Below are positions 1-10,142 of a DNA stretch of 64,000 nucleotides, in pieces. The notes below the pieces were generated by a model that was given only the letters and a program-made list of their open reading frames with translations, had not been told where the DNA came from and did no database searches. The position numbers were made by a program, and so were the translations under genes. Source of the stretch: Barthelona sp. PAP020 (lineage: Eukaryota); assembly GCA_040182905.1 (NCBI GenBank), contig JARQWU010000010.1:1-64000 (forward strand). Direction: 5' to 3'. Each line of letters begins with the position of its first letter. Position 1 is the first letter of the stretch.

Positions 1-19
1 GATTTTATTCACTTATTTT

Positions 20-877
20 ATGGATTGGCCATTACCAACCAAAGATTTAACGTCGATATATATTCAATTTCGTCATCAAATCCAATTGGATCGGAAGAGC
101 AACACGATTGAAGATGCACTTTTGTCTGGAGATGAGGAGGATCCTGGGTTAGTATTGAATTCACAACCGTACTGGATGCGTCTGAGCGAGGATGTGGAGG
201 AAAACATTCAGTCGTTGAATGTGTTGATTTCCAATTTATCAAAGTTGTATGATTCTAAATTAAAAGGGTACTTTGATGAAGATACTGATTTGGAGCAAAG
301 CATTGAAACGCTGACCAGAAAGATATCCACTGATATCAGCGTGATTAGAACCAGAATTTCTGATATTATCAAGGGATCTGTGTCTGAAAATGACCGAAAA
401 GCAAGGGAAAACATGCAAAGATCGTTAAGCATGAAGTTGAAACAGGTGTATGATTTGTTCAAAAAGACACAAAAGGAACATTTGAGTCAAATGAAGAACA
501 TTGAGCTCAAAATTACGGACATGAACAAAATAGATGATGCGTTTGATTTTGGATTGACAGAGGGTCAACTTAGTCAGGTTCAATATGATACGCAGTTGGT
601 CAGACAAAGAAAGGAAGCTATTGCGCGAATTTCAAGATCAGTCAACGAGTTGAGTGTCATGTTACAAGATTTATCAGCTTTAGCGATTGAACAAGGTACG
701 ATGTTGGACCATATTGAAATGCATGTTGAGAACACGTTATCTGATATGAAGCGAACTGGAGATACTTTAGAGAAGGCATCTGCTATTAGTAAAAGTAACA
801 CTGTTACAAAGTTAATGTTTTTGATGGTGGTTATATTCACTGTTGTATTTTTAATATTTTTAGTTATTGTAAATTGA
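20..877 (+). CDS. STX16: Qa-SNARE syntaxin-16/Tlg2 family
   Basis: N-peptide-like TKDLTSIY, Habc region, SNARE motif 'LQDLSALAIEQGTMLDHIEMHVE' and C-terminal TM helix. Confidence 0.85.
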   Translation: MDWPLPTKDLTSIYIQFRHQIQLDRKSNTIEDALLSGDEEDPGLVLNSQPYWMRLSEDVEENIQSLNVLISNLSKLYDSKLKGYFDEDTDLEQSIETLTRKISTDISVIRTRISDIIKGSVSENDRKARENMQRSLSMKLKQVYDLFKKTQKEHLSQMKNIELKITDMNKIDDAFDFGLTEGQLSQVQYDTQLVRQRKEAIARISRSVNELSVMLQDLSALAIEQGTMLDHIEMHVENTLSDMKRTGDTLEKASAISKSNTVTKLMFLMVVIFTVVFLIFLVIVN

Positions 878-993
878 TTTTTGTTTATTTCTGTTTATTT
901 TTTTGGGTTTTGGTGTGTGACCTGTTTCAGCGCCATTGTTCATTTTGAAAAGAAAAATCATTTTTCAATTTTTCTGACGCGTTCTTTTGAAAT

Positions 994-2520
994 ATGGACA
1001 TTCGAACTGCACCGATATCGAAAATAACCACATCTAAACGAGTTAGAAGTGCCAAAACGAATCTACATCAGACCGCAAATAACTTGGGAGTCGACGATGT
1101 TATTTCGAAAAACCTACCCGCGGATCCCGCTGTTCAGCAAGAATACATCAAGAACTTGCAACAACAGGTGTATTTTCTTGAATTGGAAACAGGTCTTTTG
1201 AAGGACAAGATCAATCAAGAGGGTCCCAAAATGAAGAACAGAGCAACAGATACGGGTCCTTCACTTGACCCGAACATGCAGCGTGCTTCTGTGCTGGAGG
1301 ACCACATGATGAATTTGAAGATGAAATATGTGTCCTTGGAGGATGAATACATCGAGAAGATAAATAATCTTGAAAACAATGTTGCAAGCTTGGAGGAGCA
1401 GTTGAGCGTGTCATTGCAAAAGCAGACCTCTTTGGAAAATCGTGTTGATGAAATGAACGAAAACCAACAGTTGCTTGAGGATGAATGGAATATCGAAAAG
1501 AACAACCTGATTGAGGACAAGCTCAATGCGGAGAAAGAAACAAAGAAGATCGAACGTGAGAATTTTGAATTGAATGAGAAGATTGAAAGGCTCAATTCGA
1601 GGATAAAGGCTCTGGTTAATCAACATAAAGAAAATGGCGACATCATATCCCAATTAAGAAAAGATTTAAAGGACTCCCAAGACATGTGCTCAGAACAGAA
1701 GGCAAAGATAGAGCATTTAGAGCTTTCAAAGAGCGAGTGTTTGCTAAAAATAGACAAGCTCGAGGCGCTTGGGTTTTCTGGCAAGCTTGATGAGATTCGT
1801 CAGAATTTTGATCAGAAGCTAAATGAAGTCAAGAGCGAGAAGTTGCAGCTGAATTTGCAGTATGAAAACCTCATCATGCAACATGAGCAACTGAAGAATG
1901 CGAATACAACGCTGAACGACATCAATGAGAATTTGAGAAAAACTATCGCTCAATCCAAGCAAGACGTTGTTGCTGCTCAACTGAAGCAAGAAGAAGCAGA
2001 GCAAAAGCTCGAAGAAAAGCACAAAAAGCTGCTGAGCGTCAGATTGCTGCTTGAGAGTCAAACCGAAGATATAAATATTATTGAGCAAATTCGAAGCGAG
2101 TGTGAATTGCTGAAGCAGGAATACAATAATCAGCTGGAAGACCTACGAATTGAAAAACACAACTTGAGGAAGGAAAGGATTGAACTAGACAATGAAATCG
2201 ACGAACTGACACAAGAAAAGCTCTCTCTGAAACAGTACTTGAGCGAAATCACGGAAGAACTCAACATTAGTCTCATTGATGCCGAACAAAGGTCTCAACA
2301 GTTGTATTCTATCAACGAAGAACTGTTCAAAAAGAAAAATGACTATGCTGAACTTTTAGAGGAGCATACCGATTTACAAGGTTTGTATAATGATGCACAA
2401 AATAAACTTGGCATCGCAAATAAGGTTCTCAAGACTAGATTACACGAATTCAAAACTGTGCATGATTCTTCATTGCAAATGGCTGACACTTTAGGAAATC
2501 TTTTGCAACAACTGCAATAA
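994..2520 (+). CDS. Long coiled-coil protein, function unknown (possibly cytoskeletal or flagellar)
   Basis: 508-aa ORF, heptad-rich E/K/L/Q composition throughout. Confidence 0.75.
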   Translation: MDIRTAPISKITTSKRVRSAKTNLHQTANNLGVDDVISKNLPADPAVQQEYIKNLQQQVYFLELETGLLKDKINQEGPKMKNRATDTGPSLDPNMQRASVLEDHMMNLKMKYVSLEDEYIEKINNLENNVASLEEQLSVSLQKQTSLENRVDEMNENQQLLEDEWNIEKNNLIEDKLNAEKETKKIERENFELNEKIERLNSRIKALVNQHKENGDIISQLRKDLKDSQDMCSEQKAKIEHLELSKSECLLKIDKLEALGFSGKLDEIRQNFDQKLNEVKSEKLQLNLQYENLIMQHEQLKNANTTLNDINENLRKTIAQSKQDVVAAQLKQEEAEQKLEEKHKKLLSVRLLLESQTEDINIIEQIRSECELLKQEYNNQLEDLRIEKHNLRKERIELDNEIDELTQEKLSLKQYLSEITEELNISLIDAEQRSQQLYSINEELFKKKNDYAELLEEHTDLQGLYNDAQNKLGIANKVLKTRLHEFKTVHDSSLQMADTLGNLLQQLQ

Positions 2521-2553
2521 TCAAGTTTTATACTGTAAATGTTTGTGATTAAT

Positions 2554-3369
2554 TTAGATTCTTTGTAAGATGAAGTAACGATTGTCTCGTTCTATTCCGA
2601 CAGAAATCACCTCAAAATCGATTTGGCAGGACTGGCATTTTTCATGTGTGTCGTTTATCAATTTGTTCACTTCTTCTTCTCGGTACAAATGATAAAACCG
2701 CTGATACACAACTGAATTCTTTTCGTTAACTATCTTTCCGTGGTGCTCTTCCTTCATGTGTGAATGTCTTTTATTCAAGTGCCACGCGATGAGAGATTCA
2801 GACGACTCGGGCTCCAGGGGCGTCAAGCTTCCCTTTTTGATCAACTTGTCGCGCTTTTGTTGCTCATACGCCCAAATAACAACCATTATTTTTCCACCAA
2901 TTTTCAGTAATCTGACCATTTCTTTGACACATTCAGCTCTTCGCTCATCAGTGGCCAAATGATGAACCATGGCAACGGATATGCATCCATCAAACATCTC
3001 AGACCTCAATGGCAATTCAAGACAATTGGCAAATATCGGATTCATTCCTCGATTTCTTGCATACCTCAGAAGAGGATAGCATAAATCTACACCGACGAAG
3101 TCCAAGTTTTTGTTGGATGACTTGTACTTTCCATTGCCACAACCAATGTCAGCAATGAGGTCAAAATCGTTGAATTGTTTTAAAAAATTATCAACAACAG
3201 CCCATGTGTTGCCTCTTGTGTCGTTGAAATGTGGTGCTATGACATCGTATACCTTATGAACATATTCCTTCTCGAAACTCTCGGCTTCTTCCTTTGTCAT
3301 GTCTTCGCTTAACGTTGGAACACTCAAATCGCTTGAATCAGGCGCCTTTCGACTGTATGGTGTGGTCAT
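2554..3369 (-). CDS. TRM9: Trm9/ALKBH8-type tRNA wobble-uridine carboxymethyltransferase
   Basis: 'FEKEYVHKVYDVIAPHF', SAM motif 'DIGCGNGKY', 'VHHLAT..RR', 'YQRFYHLY'. Confidence 0.85.
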   Translation of the reverse strand: MTTPYSRKAPDSSDLSVPTLSEDMTKEEAESFEKEYVHKVYDVIAPHFNDTRGNTWAVVDNFLKQFNDFDLIADIGCGNGKYKSSNKNLDFVGVDLCYPLLRYARNRGMNPIFANCLELPLRSEMFDGCISVAMVHHLATDERRAECVKEMVRLLKIGGKIMVVIWAYEQQKRDKLIKKGSLTPLEPESSESLIAWHLNKRHSHMKEEHHGKIVNEKNSVVYQRFYHLYREEEVNKLINDTHEKCQSCQIDFEVISVGIERDNRYFILQRI

Positions 3370-3521
3370 CTGGAGATAAATGAAATGTGTATTTTTATTT
3401 TCAATTTGAGCTCCCTTAGCGACTTATCTGCAAACGAATGTGGTGATCTGAAAAAAGGATAAATGAACATAAACCAAAAGTTCATCGCTTTGATTGAAAC
3501 AAATTTTTACACATTGTTTGG

Positions 3522-4616
3522 ATGTTAACTTTTGATGGAAGCGAGAATTTCCGTTATCGCATACTTTTATCATGTTTGAGTGCAACTCCCATTGCGATAA
3601 CCAACATTCGAGGAGACGTTGAAGATGACGATATATTCGGAGAGCAGGGGTTGAATTCCGCCGAAAAGTGCTTCTTACAATTAATTGAAAAGATCTCAGT
3701 CGGTGCAGTCGTTGAAATTGGCATCACCAGTACCGATTTGAAATTTACACCAGGCACATTGTTTGGTGGTGAATTTGAATTTGAATGTGATCATTTGCAC
3801 AGCATATCGTGGTATTTGGAACCCCTTTTGCTCTTGGGACCATTATCTGAAAAGGGAATCCAATGTTATTTGAAGGGCATCACCCAAACGAACAACAGTG
3901 ATGAGTTGCCCATAGATTTCTTACGTGTTGGCGTTCTTCCCTTGTTGAGAAAATTCGGATTTCGAAGTGGTTTGGACATTACCATAAAGCACAGAGGTTT
4001 CATGCCATTGGGTGGTGGATTAGTCGAGTTTTCGTGTGGAGTAATTTCAGAGGTCACAGCATTTTCCCTGAACGAAGTCACAAAATACAAACGTGCGCGA
4101 GGATTAGCTGTTTCCTGCCGTTGCTCTCCCTCATTCCCCTCAAGAGTCACACAGGGCGCAAGAGATGCATTGGATGGGCTGTTTGACGATGTTTACATTT
4201 ACACCCAATCAATGAAAGGAAAATCAGCCGGTGAATCACCTGGAATATCTTTAACTCTCATTGCTGAGTCAAAGAAGGGAAATCACATCGGAATTGAATG
4301 TCTGGGCACAGCAGGCGAAGGTTGCGAAGAATTAGGTGCACGAACAACTCAGTTATTCTTGGAACATTTGAAGAAAGACAAAAAAGGCTGTTTGGATATC
4401 AAGTGTCAAAGCATGGCGTTGGTTTTGATGAGTTTGGCCGAAGTTCAGTTCCAGACACTCATCGTCGGAAAAAAGTTGTCAAAGGATGCAGTGTCAACAA
4501 TTCGCGCAATAAGAAGCTTCTTCGGTGTCAATTTCACAGTCACAAAAGGCGCAAAATCTATCGAATTGTCTTGCAGAGGCAGCGGTTATCAAAACATGTC
4601 TCGTCGCAGTTTTTAG
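3522..4616 (+). CDS. RCL1: RNA 3'-terminal phosphate cyclase-like protein (18S processing)
   Basis: 'FDGSENFRYRILLSCLS', 'ISWYLEPLLLL', 'RGFMPLGGGLV', C-terminal 'CRGSGYQNMSR'. Confidence 0.9.
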   Translation: MLTFDGSENFRYRILLSCLSATPIAITNIRGDVEDDDIFGEQGLNSAEKCFLQLIEKISVGAVVEIGITSTDLKFTPGTLFGGEFEFECDHLHSISWYLEPLLLLGPLSEKGIQCYLKGITQTNNSDELPIDFLRVGVLPLLRKFGFRSGLDITIKHRGFMPLGGGLVEFSCGVISEVTAFSLNEVTKYKRARGLAVSCRCSPSFPSRVTQGARDALDGLFDDVYIYTQSMKGKSAGESPGISLTLIAESKKGNHIGIECLGTAGEGCEELGARTTQLFLEHLKKDKKGCLDIKCQSMALVLMSLAEVQFQTLIVGKKLSKDAVSTIRAIRSFFGVNFTVTKGAKSIELSCRGSGYQNMSRRSF

Positions 4617-4734
4617 TCTTCTTTTTTACATACACACATATGTTCATAAATTTATTTTCTTCTTTCTGTTGTTATTTCTTGACAAAAAACCTTGAGATGG
4701 AAAATTAATTTCATCTTTTTTTTTGATTATTCAA

Positions 4735-7700
4735 ATGGAATCGATTAAAAACGATTTTGAAATACCTGATAATCCTGAAAAAATAGAAATATCTAATGAT
4801 ATATTTGATAATGATGCAAAATATTTTGTTTCAAAATTACTATCATCAAATGCTTCAGAAACATTAAAACAATTAGCCATACGTTATATTGATTTGTCTG
4901 ATGATAAGATTTTTTCCATTTGTCAACTTTTACCAAAATTAAAAAAATTGGAAACTTTAAGTCTGAGTGGGAATTCAATAGGACCGAAAGGTGGATCAAT
5001 TATTGCGTCGATGTTAAAAACGCCATTACCTTCTTTGACTAGTTTAGATTTGTTTCACAATAGAATTGGTAATGCTGCTACTTTAATATTAAACAATTTA
5101 TACAATTCTAAATTAAGATATTTAGGACTTACTGGTAATACTATTACTGCTAATTGTGCTGTTGATATCAAGAATTATTTGATAGCCCCAGAATGTACTT
5201 TGCTTGAATTATGCTTGGATAAAAACAATTTGGAAGATGAAGGCGCTATTTTTTTAGCACAAGGAATAGCAAATAATGATACTTTGCGCAGATTACAGCT
5301 TGGATCCAATGAAATTACAGATGAAGGGGCAATTGCGATTGCCAATGCCCTTGAAATAAATACCACTTTAAGAGCAATTTCTTTGGGAAATAATAAGTTT
5401 ACTTTTGAAGGTTGTAAAGCAATTATTGAAGCATCTGTTGAGCATCCTGTTTTGTTGACTGTAAATTTGCGTAAGAATATTTTATCCGCTGAAGAGGTTG
5501 ATACCTTGAATAATTTCATTTCAAATGTTCAAAGACCAAGAATAACGATTGAAACTTCAATTCGACCAATTTTGAAGGCAAAAAGAATTTCTTTAGTTGA
5601 TGAAACTACTGATGATAGAATAATATCTCACATGAATGAAAGTCATGAAGCGGAAGTTCATTTTCTCACTCAAATGAAACAAATGAATGCAGATCTTGAA
5701 AATGAAGTTGAAGAATTAATTCCAAAAACAAATTTTACCAATACTTACCATACAAAAACGTCAGTAATAACAACAAATTCTGCTTACAATGATTCTAATT
5801 CCTATCCAGATAAATTTGATTATCCTTACACATTTTCTGATGAATCAAAAGAACCAACGGATTTATTTTATCCTACTAAAACAACAGAAAAAAGAAAATC
5901 TAACATATTACCAAATGTTCCTTTAACTGATTCAACACGTCTTGTAAAGAATAGGTCTGTTGATAAACTTGATGCAAATAATGAATTAAATGATCATGTT
6001 TCTGCTTCTTCACTTTCAGCACTTGAATTTGAAAACACTAGACAATCTCAATCACAAACTGAAGAGTATTTTGAATTATCAGGTTCAATCACACAACAAT
6101 ATTTGCATAATGGTAATGCTGATATTGCTGCTGATTCTTACCATGAAATAAAAGATTCTAACGAGACAACTTCTATTGAGTCTATCGACAGTGAGCTGCA
6201 AAAACTTGTTTTTAAGAATTCTGCTGATTTAGACTCATTCATCAAAGAATTGAATGTTGAAATTGAAAAATTAGAAAAAAAATTATCGGAAAAGATATTA
6301 TTAAGAGACACTTTGATTCAAAAGAATAGCTTTAATGAACAAATTATGGAATCACCGAAATCACCATTTGTTGATTCACCCTATTCTCAAACCTTCATTT
6401 CTATGGAAAATGAATCTTCTTTATCCCCATATCCTTCGAATCTTTCTGTTGATCAAGATTTGAGACTGAATTCTAACAATATTCACCAGAACCAAAATCA
6501 TTATTACAGTGGTGAAATGTCGCCAGTACATCCAATTTCACCAATGAGCATGGAATTACAAAGTAAAAAGTCTACTTCTGGATCATTTGGAAATGAAAAT
6601 CAACAACATCATGAAAAGAAGAAAGATAACTGCAGAAGCAATTCTATATTACATGTAGCAAAAGCAAAATCAATGAGAATGAGATTGGATGCTGAGAAGG
6701 GTCATGTAGATGATGATTTACAAATGGCTGAAAGTGTTGAAGATGTTATTAGTGATGAAACTAATGAATTGAATACTTTATCTTACGATCAAGTTGATAA
6801 CGAAATGACTTCCAGTGGAAAAAAGGTTATTGATACAAAAGAAAACAGTGATAATGATCTTTTCAATGATGACAAGATTACTTTTGCTGAAATGAGTCCT
6901 CAAGTTGATGAAGTATCATTTGAAAGAACAAATAATGAGATTAATACAACTCAAAAATCAACAACATGTGATTCAAATAGTTTAAAACATGATGATAATG
7001 TTCTTAACATGCAAAGTGATGTGAAATCTCCTCTGACTATCAATGATTCCAATCAAACTCAATCTCCTTGTGTTGATGAAAGAAAAGAAATAGAAACCAA
7101 TGTTTCAGCAACTTTTTCACCAAAAGAAACGGTTTCTCCATTTATCGGATCACATATTGATGAAGGAAAAGAAATACGTAAAATACGTTACGCCATTAAG
7201 CATCCTTTGTTATCTGATACAAACAAGATGAAAATCTTTTGTGATTTAGTTTATAAGAATGCAATTACAGAAACAAATGTCAAATATGAACATTTATTTA
7301 TTGATATTTATGAACGTGAAGAAGGTTGGTTCAAATCTAATTCTCAAAAAGAGTTATTGAATCATTTCTCTATTACAAATAAAACAATCATAAATAAAGA
7401 TAATAATGGTAAATACCTTCATCTACACACTTGGGATCCCAAGACCGGTATTAAAAATTCAATATTCGTTTTGTCAACATCCAAGCCAACTGAATATTCT
7501 GAAATTTATGAAAAGATTCAATTGAAGATTGAAGAAATGAACAAAATATTTGCTAAAAAGGAGATTTTTAGTGATGTTTTGATCAAAAAAGATGAAAACC
7601 ATACAAATCATGAAATTGTCAGTGAAGACTCTGTCTCATTGAAAAAAAATATTGAAAGAATAGTAAATTCCCCAAAAAAAGTAAATTCTCCAGTTAAATT

Positions 7701-8625
7701 AGATTATGCTCCTTCAAAAGAAACCGAAAATATTGTGAAAGAAGAAGAGGTAGTAAAGGAAGAAAAAGAAGAAGAAAAAGAAAAGATTAAGGAAAAAGAA
7801 GATGTATTGGAAGAAAAAATTGAATATTTTGACATTGAAAGAGAAGAAGACAAGGAAGTGGAAGATGATAAAGAGGAAGAAGAAGAGGAAGAGGAAGAAG
7901 AAGAACCAGTACAGGAAAATAATGAAATGTGTTTGGAAGACCTTGTTAGAGAGATTCCCGAGGAGAATTTTTGTGTAAATGAAAATGTTGAAAACAACAG
8001 CAACATTATCAAAATATCGGATGATCATAAACCTGTTAACAGATCAAGATTATCTAATTCTTTAATAAATGTTGAAAATGAAACATGTGAAGATGAAGTT
8101 GATGTTCGTCGATTTAAAACAGCTTCAACTATTGGATTGTTGGGAATGAGAATGGCTAAACAATCTTCTGAAAATTTGAAAACTGAAGAATTATCAAAGA
8201 GAAACACTTTTTCGAACCAAAATGAACTATTTGATGAAATGTGGGGAAAAAGTGAACCTTTTGAACATATCAAAATGGAAGAAACATCAATACCAAAAAA
8301 CAACCTTTTAAATTTTAAGGAAGTATCTGTTTCTGATACAATAACACACAACAATACCACACATCATGATCAAGTTGGATTTATTCCATCGAAAACTATC
8401 GCCACCACAAAACCTCTTTCAATTGAACCTCAAAGGAGACAAAAAAGAAAAATTGAGATATATTTGGCCACATTTGACTATTCAAATCCAGACACAAATT
8501 ATTTGAACTTTAAGGAGGGTGACCTACTTCAATGCATTGGTGAAAAGCGTGGCTGGATGATATGTTTGGATCCTATATCAAAGAAGAAAAAACTGGCTCC
8601 TCTGACCTACTTGAAGAAACTGTAA
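4735..8625 (+). CDS. Large protein with N-terminal RNI-type leucine-rich repeats, disordered and acidic middle, possible PH domain and C-terminal SH3
   Basis: 28-aa LRRs (LxxLxLxxNxIxDEGAxxLA); SH3 'ATFDYS..NYLNFKEGD..GW..PLTYL'; first ATG at 4735. Confidence 0.8.
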   Translation: MESIKNDFEIPDNPEKIEISNDIFDNDAKYFVSKLLSSNASETLKQLAIRYIDLSDDKIFSICQLLPKLKKLETLSLSGNSIGPKGGSIIASMLKTPLPSLTSLDLFHNRIGNAATLILNNLYNSKLRYLGLTGNTITANCAVDIKNYLIAPECTLLELCLDKNNLEDEGAIFLAQGIANNDTLRRLQLGSNEITDEGAIAIANALEINTTLRAISLGNNKFTFEGCKAIIEASVEHPVLLTVNLRKNILSAEEVDTLNNFISNVQRPRITIETSIRPILKAKRISLVDETTDDRIISHMNESHEAEVHFLTQMKQMNADLENEVEELIPKTNFTNTYHTKTSVITTNSAYNDSNSYPDKFDYPYTFSDESKEPTDLFYPTKTTEKRKSNILPNVPLTDSTRLVKNRSVDKLDANNELNDHVSASSLSALEFENTRQSQSQTEEYFELSGSITQQYLHNGNADIAADSYHEIKDSNETTSIESIDSELQKLVFKNSADLDSFIKELNVEIEKLEKKLSEKILLRDTLIQKNSFNEQIMESPKSPFVDSPYSQTFISMENESSLSPYPSNLSVDQDLRLNSNNIHQNQNHYYSGEMSPVHPISPMSMELQSKKSTSGSFGNENQQHHEKKKDNCRSNSILHVAKAKSMRMRLDAEKGHVDDDLQMAESVEDVISDETNELNTLSYDQVDNEMTSSGKKVIDTKENSDNDLFNDDKITFAEMSPQVDEVSFERTNNEINTTQKSTTCDSNSLKHDDNVLNMQSDVKSPLTINDSNQTQSPCVDERKEIETNVSATFSPKETVSPFIGSHIDEGKEIRKIRYAIKHPLLSDTNKMKIFCDLVYKNAITETNVKYEHLFIDIYEREEGWFKSNSQKELLNHFSITNKTIINKDNNGKYLHLHTWDPKTGIKNSIFVLSTSKPTEYSEIYEKIQLKIEEMNKIFAKKEIFSDVLIKKDENHTNHEIVSEDSVSLKKNIERIVNSPKKVNSPVKLDYAPSKETENIVKEEEVVKEEKEEEKEKIKEKEDVLEEKIEYFDIEREEDKEVEDDKEEEEEEEEEEEPVQENNEMCLEDLVREIPEENFCVNENVENNSNIIKISDDHKPVNRSRLSNSLINVENETCEDEVDVRRFKTASTIGLLGMRMAKQSSENLKTEELSKRNTFSNQNELFDEMWGKSEPFEHIKMEETSIPKNNLLNFKEVSVSDTITHNNTTHHDQVGFIPSKTIATTKPLSIEPQRRQKRKIEIYLATFDYSNPDTNYLNFKEGDLLQCIGEKRGWMICLDPISKKKKLAPLTYLKKL

Positions 8626-8816
8626 ATTTTGTTTTTGTTCTTTTCATAATTTTTTAAGAGAATTCATACCTTGTGAAAGAAAATAAAAGAAGATTCTTTT
8701 ATCTTTTGTTCCCCATGAAAATTATTTGAACAGTCTTAATTTTAAATGAAAAAATAAATTACAATAAAAAAACTTTTATCCACAATGCACTTTCAACATT
8801 CAAAAATTCAATAAAT

Positions 8817-9755
8817 TCATCTCAAATGTTCAAACAATACAGTAGATAAATATCTTTCTGCATTTGAAGCACAAATAACAACAATCGTTTTTCCAGCCAT
8901 ATTGTCCCTTTTAGCAAGTTCTATCGCTCCCTTTATAGTTGATCCTGATGAGATACCAACAACCATTCCAGTTGTAACACCACATAATCTGGACATATCA
9001 ATTGCATCTTGACTTTTTACTTTGATAATTTCATCAACAACACTTGAGTCATAATTTTCAGGAATAAAACCAGCTCCAATTCCTTGAATCAAATGTTTAC
9101 CTGCAGGTTCTCCAGATAAAACAGCACTTTCAGCAGGCTCAATTCCAATAATTTGAATGCTTGAATCATGCTTCTTCAACTCTTTTCCAACTCCAGAAAT
9201 AGTACCTCCAGTTCCTACACCTGCAACAAAGTAGTCAATTTCTCCATCAGTATCAGCATAAACTTCTCGGGCAGTTTGAATATGAGCTAAAGGATTTGCA
9301 GGATTGGAAAATTGTTGGGTCAAAAATCCATTATTTGTCCTTGCATATTCTTGAGCAACCTCTACTGCCCCAGCCATACCTTTTGTTGCTGGTGTCAATA
9401 TTAATTCTGCTCCATAATATTTCATCAATAATTTTCTTTCCTCAGACATATTTTCTGGCATCACAATTACAACAGGATGTTTAAGTGCACTTCCAACCAT
9501 ACAAAGCCCTATTCCTGTGTTCCCTGAAGTTGCTTCAACAATAGTTTGACCATCCAACAAACTGCCATCTTTTCTAGCTTCTTGTATCATTTTTAAAGCG
9601 ATTCTGTCTTTGACAGAAAAACCAGGATTGAGATACTCAAGTTTTAACAATATTTTAGCTTGAAGATCAAACATTTTTTCTAAACCTTCAGCTCTAACTA
9701 AAGGAGTATTACCAATCAATTCGGTAATATTATTATACACTTTTCCATGACTCAT
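8817..9755 (-). CDS. cysK: Cysteine synthase A (O-acetylserine sulfhydrylase), bacterial-like
   Basis: 'LIGNTPLV', PLP lysine motif 'NPGFSVKDRIA', 'EATSGNTGIG', 'GVGTGGT', 'IQGIGAGFIP', 'ERYLST'; ATG at 9755. Confidence 0.95.
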   Translation of the reverse strand: MSHGKVYNNITELIGNTPLVRAEGLEKMFDLQAKILLKLEYLNPGFSVKDRIALKMIQEARKDGSLLDGQTIVEATSGNTGIGLCMVGSALKHPVVIVMPENMSEERKLLMKYYGAELILTPATKGMAGAVEVAQEYARTNNGFLTQQFSNPANPLAHIQTAREVYADTDGEIDYFVAGVGTGGTISGVGKELKKHDSSIQIIGIEPAESAVLSGEPAGKHLIQGIGAGFIPENYDSSVVDEIIKVKSQDAIDMSRLCGVTTGMVVGISSGSTIKGAIELAKRDNMAGKTIVVICASNAERYLSTVLFEHLR

Positions 9756-10142
9756 TATCACAAAACAAAAAAGAAATAACGCTGTTAAAAAAAATCATTT
9801 TTCTCGCTTTAATCTGACATAAAAAATTTACAAAATTAAACAGCTATCTCATTTTTAAGAAAAGAACATTTCAATAATGATAAAATTATCAAAAAAAAAA
9901 CACTAGATAGGAATGAAAAGAGAAAATCCGAAGTTGCTTTCGAAAGCAAAAACCTGTTTGTTGTTGCGAAACTTGAAATAAAAAGAATTTCTTTTTAAAA
10001 AACGGCTATTGTAATCCAAACACCAAAAGAAGAGAAGTTATCTTTGATTTTGTTCACAAATACCACGAAAAATTTAACAAAAGAAATGTTGCAAATAAAA
10101 TGGACAAAAAAATTTATAAAAGTTAAAAAAATACTCAAATTG

